Below, one piece after another: positions 62,915 through 64,000 of a stretch of DNA of 64,000 nt. Where the stretch lies: contig OZ024741.1 of the NCBI GenBank assembly GCA_964016885.1, positions 330,522,001 through 330,586,000 on the forward strand, written 5' to 3'. Origin of the DNA: Eledone cirrhosa (taxonomy: Eukaryota). Both the position numbers and the translations under genes were made by a program. The stretch's first letter is position 1, and each line of letters begins with the position of its first letter. The notes below the pieces were generated by a model. That model worked only from the letters and a program-made list of their open reading frames with translations. It ran no database searches and was not told the DNA's origin.

Positions 62915-64000
<1,086 letters not shown>

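Overview
AT-rich eukaryotic intergenic DNA, most likely octopus/cephalopod, judged from a tRNA-derived Nin/Deu-domain SINE and the huge (TA)n/(CA)n tracts. No host gene is recognisable, and the many YIYI/IYIY ORFs in the track are microsatellite artefacts. The window is a nest of mobile elements inserted into (TA)n. It holds about a dozen Penelope-like retroelements (PLEs; RT + C-terminal GIY-YIG) of Hydra-, Neptune- and probably Nematis-type, one full-length RTE LINE with an open 1006-aa ORF, CR1/L2-group LINE ends, two bipartite RTE derivatives, a non-autonomous Gypsy-type LTR element, Helitrons, a SINE and a MITE. Reading the non-coding parts by eye gives about 24 type-I hammerhead ribozyme (HHR) motifs in about 12 sequence families. 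These include two independent U3-A8 core covariants, a full-length HHR with a CAGAAGA core, an HHR with a ~100-nt stem II, ORF-less HHR tandem units and two large palindromes carrying back-to-back ribozymes. All structures were folded manually; clade names, boundaries and activity need computational and biochemical confirmation.
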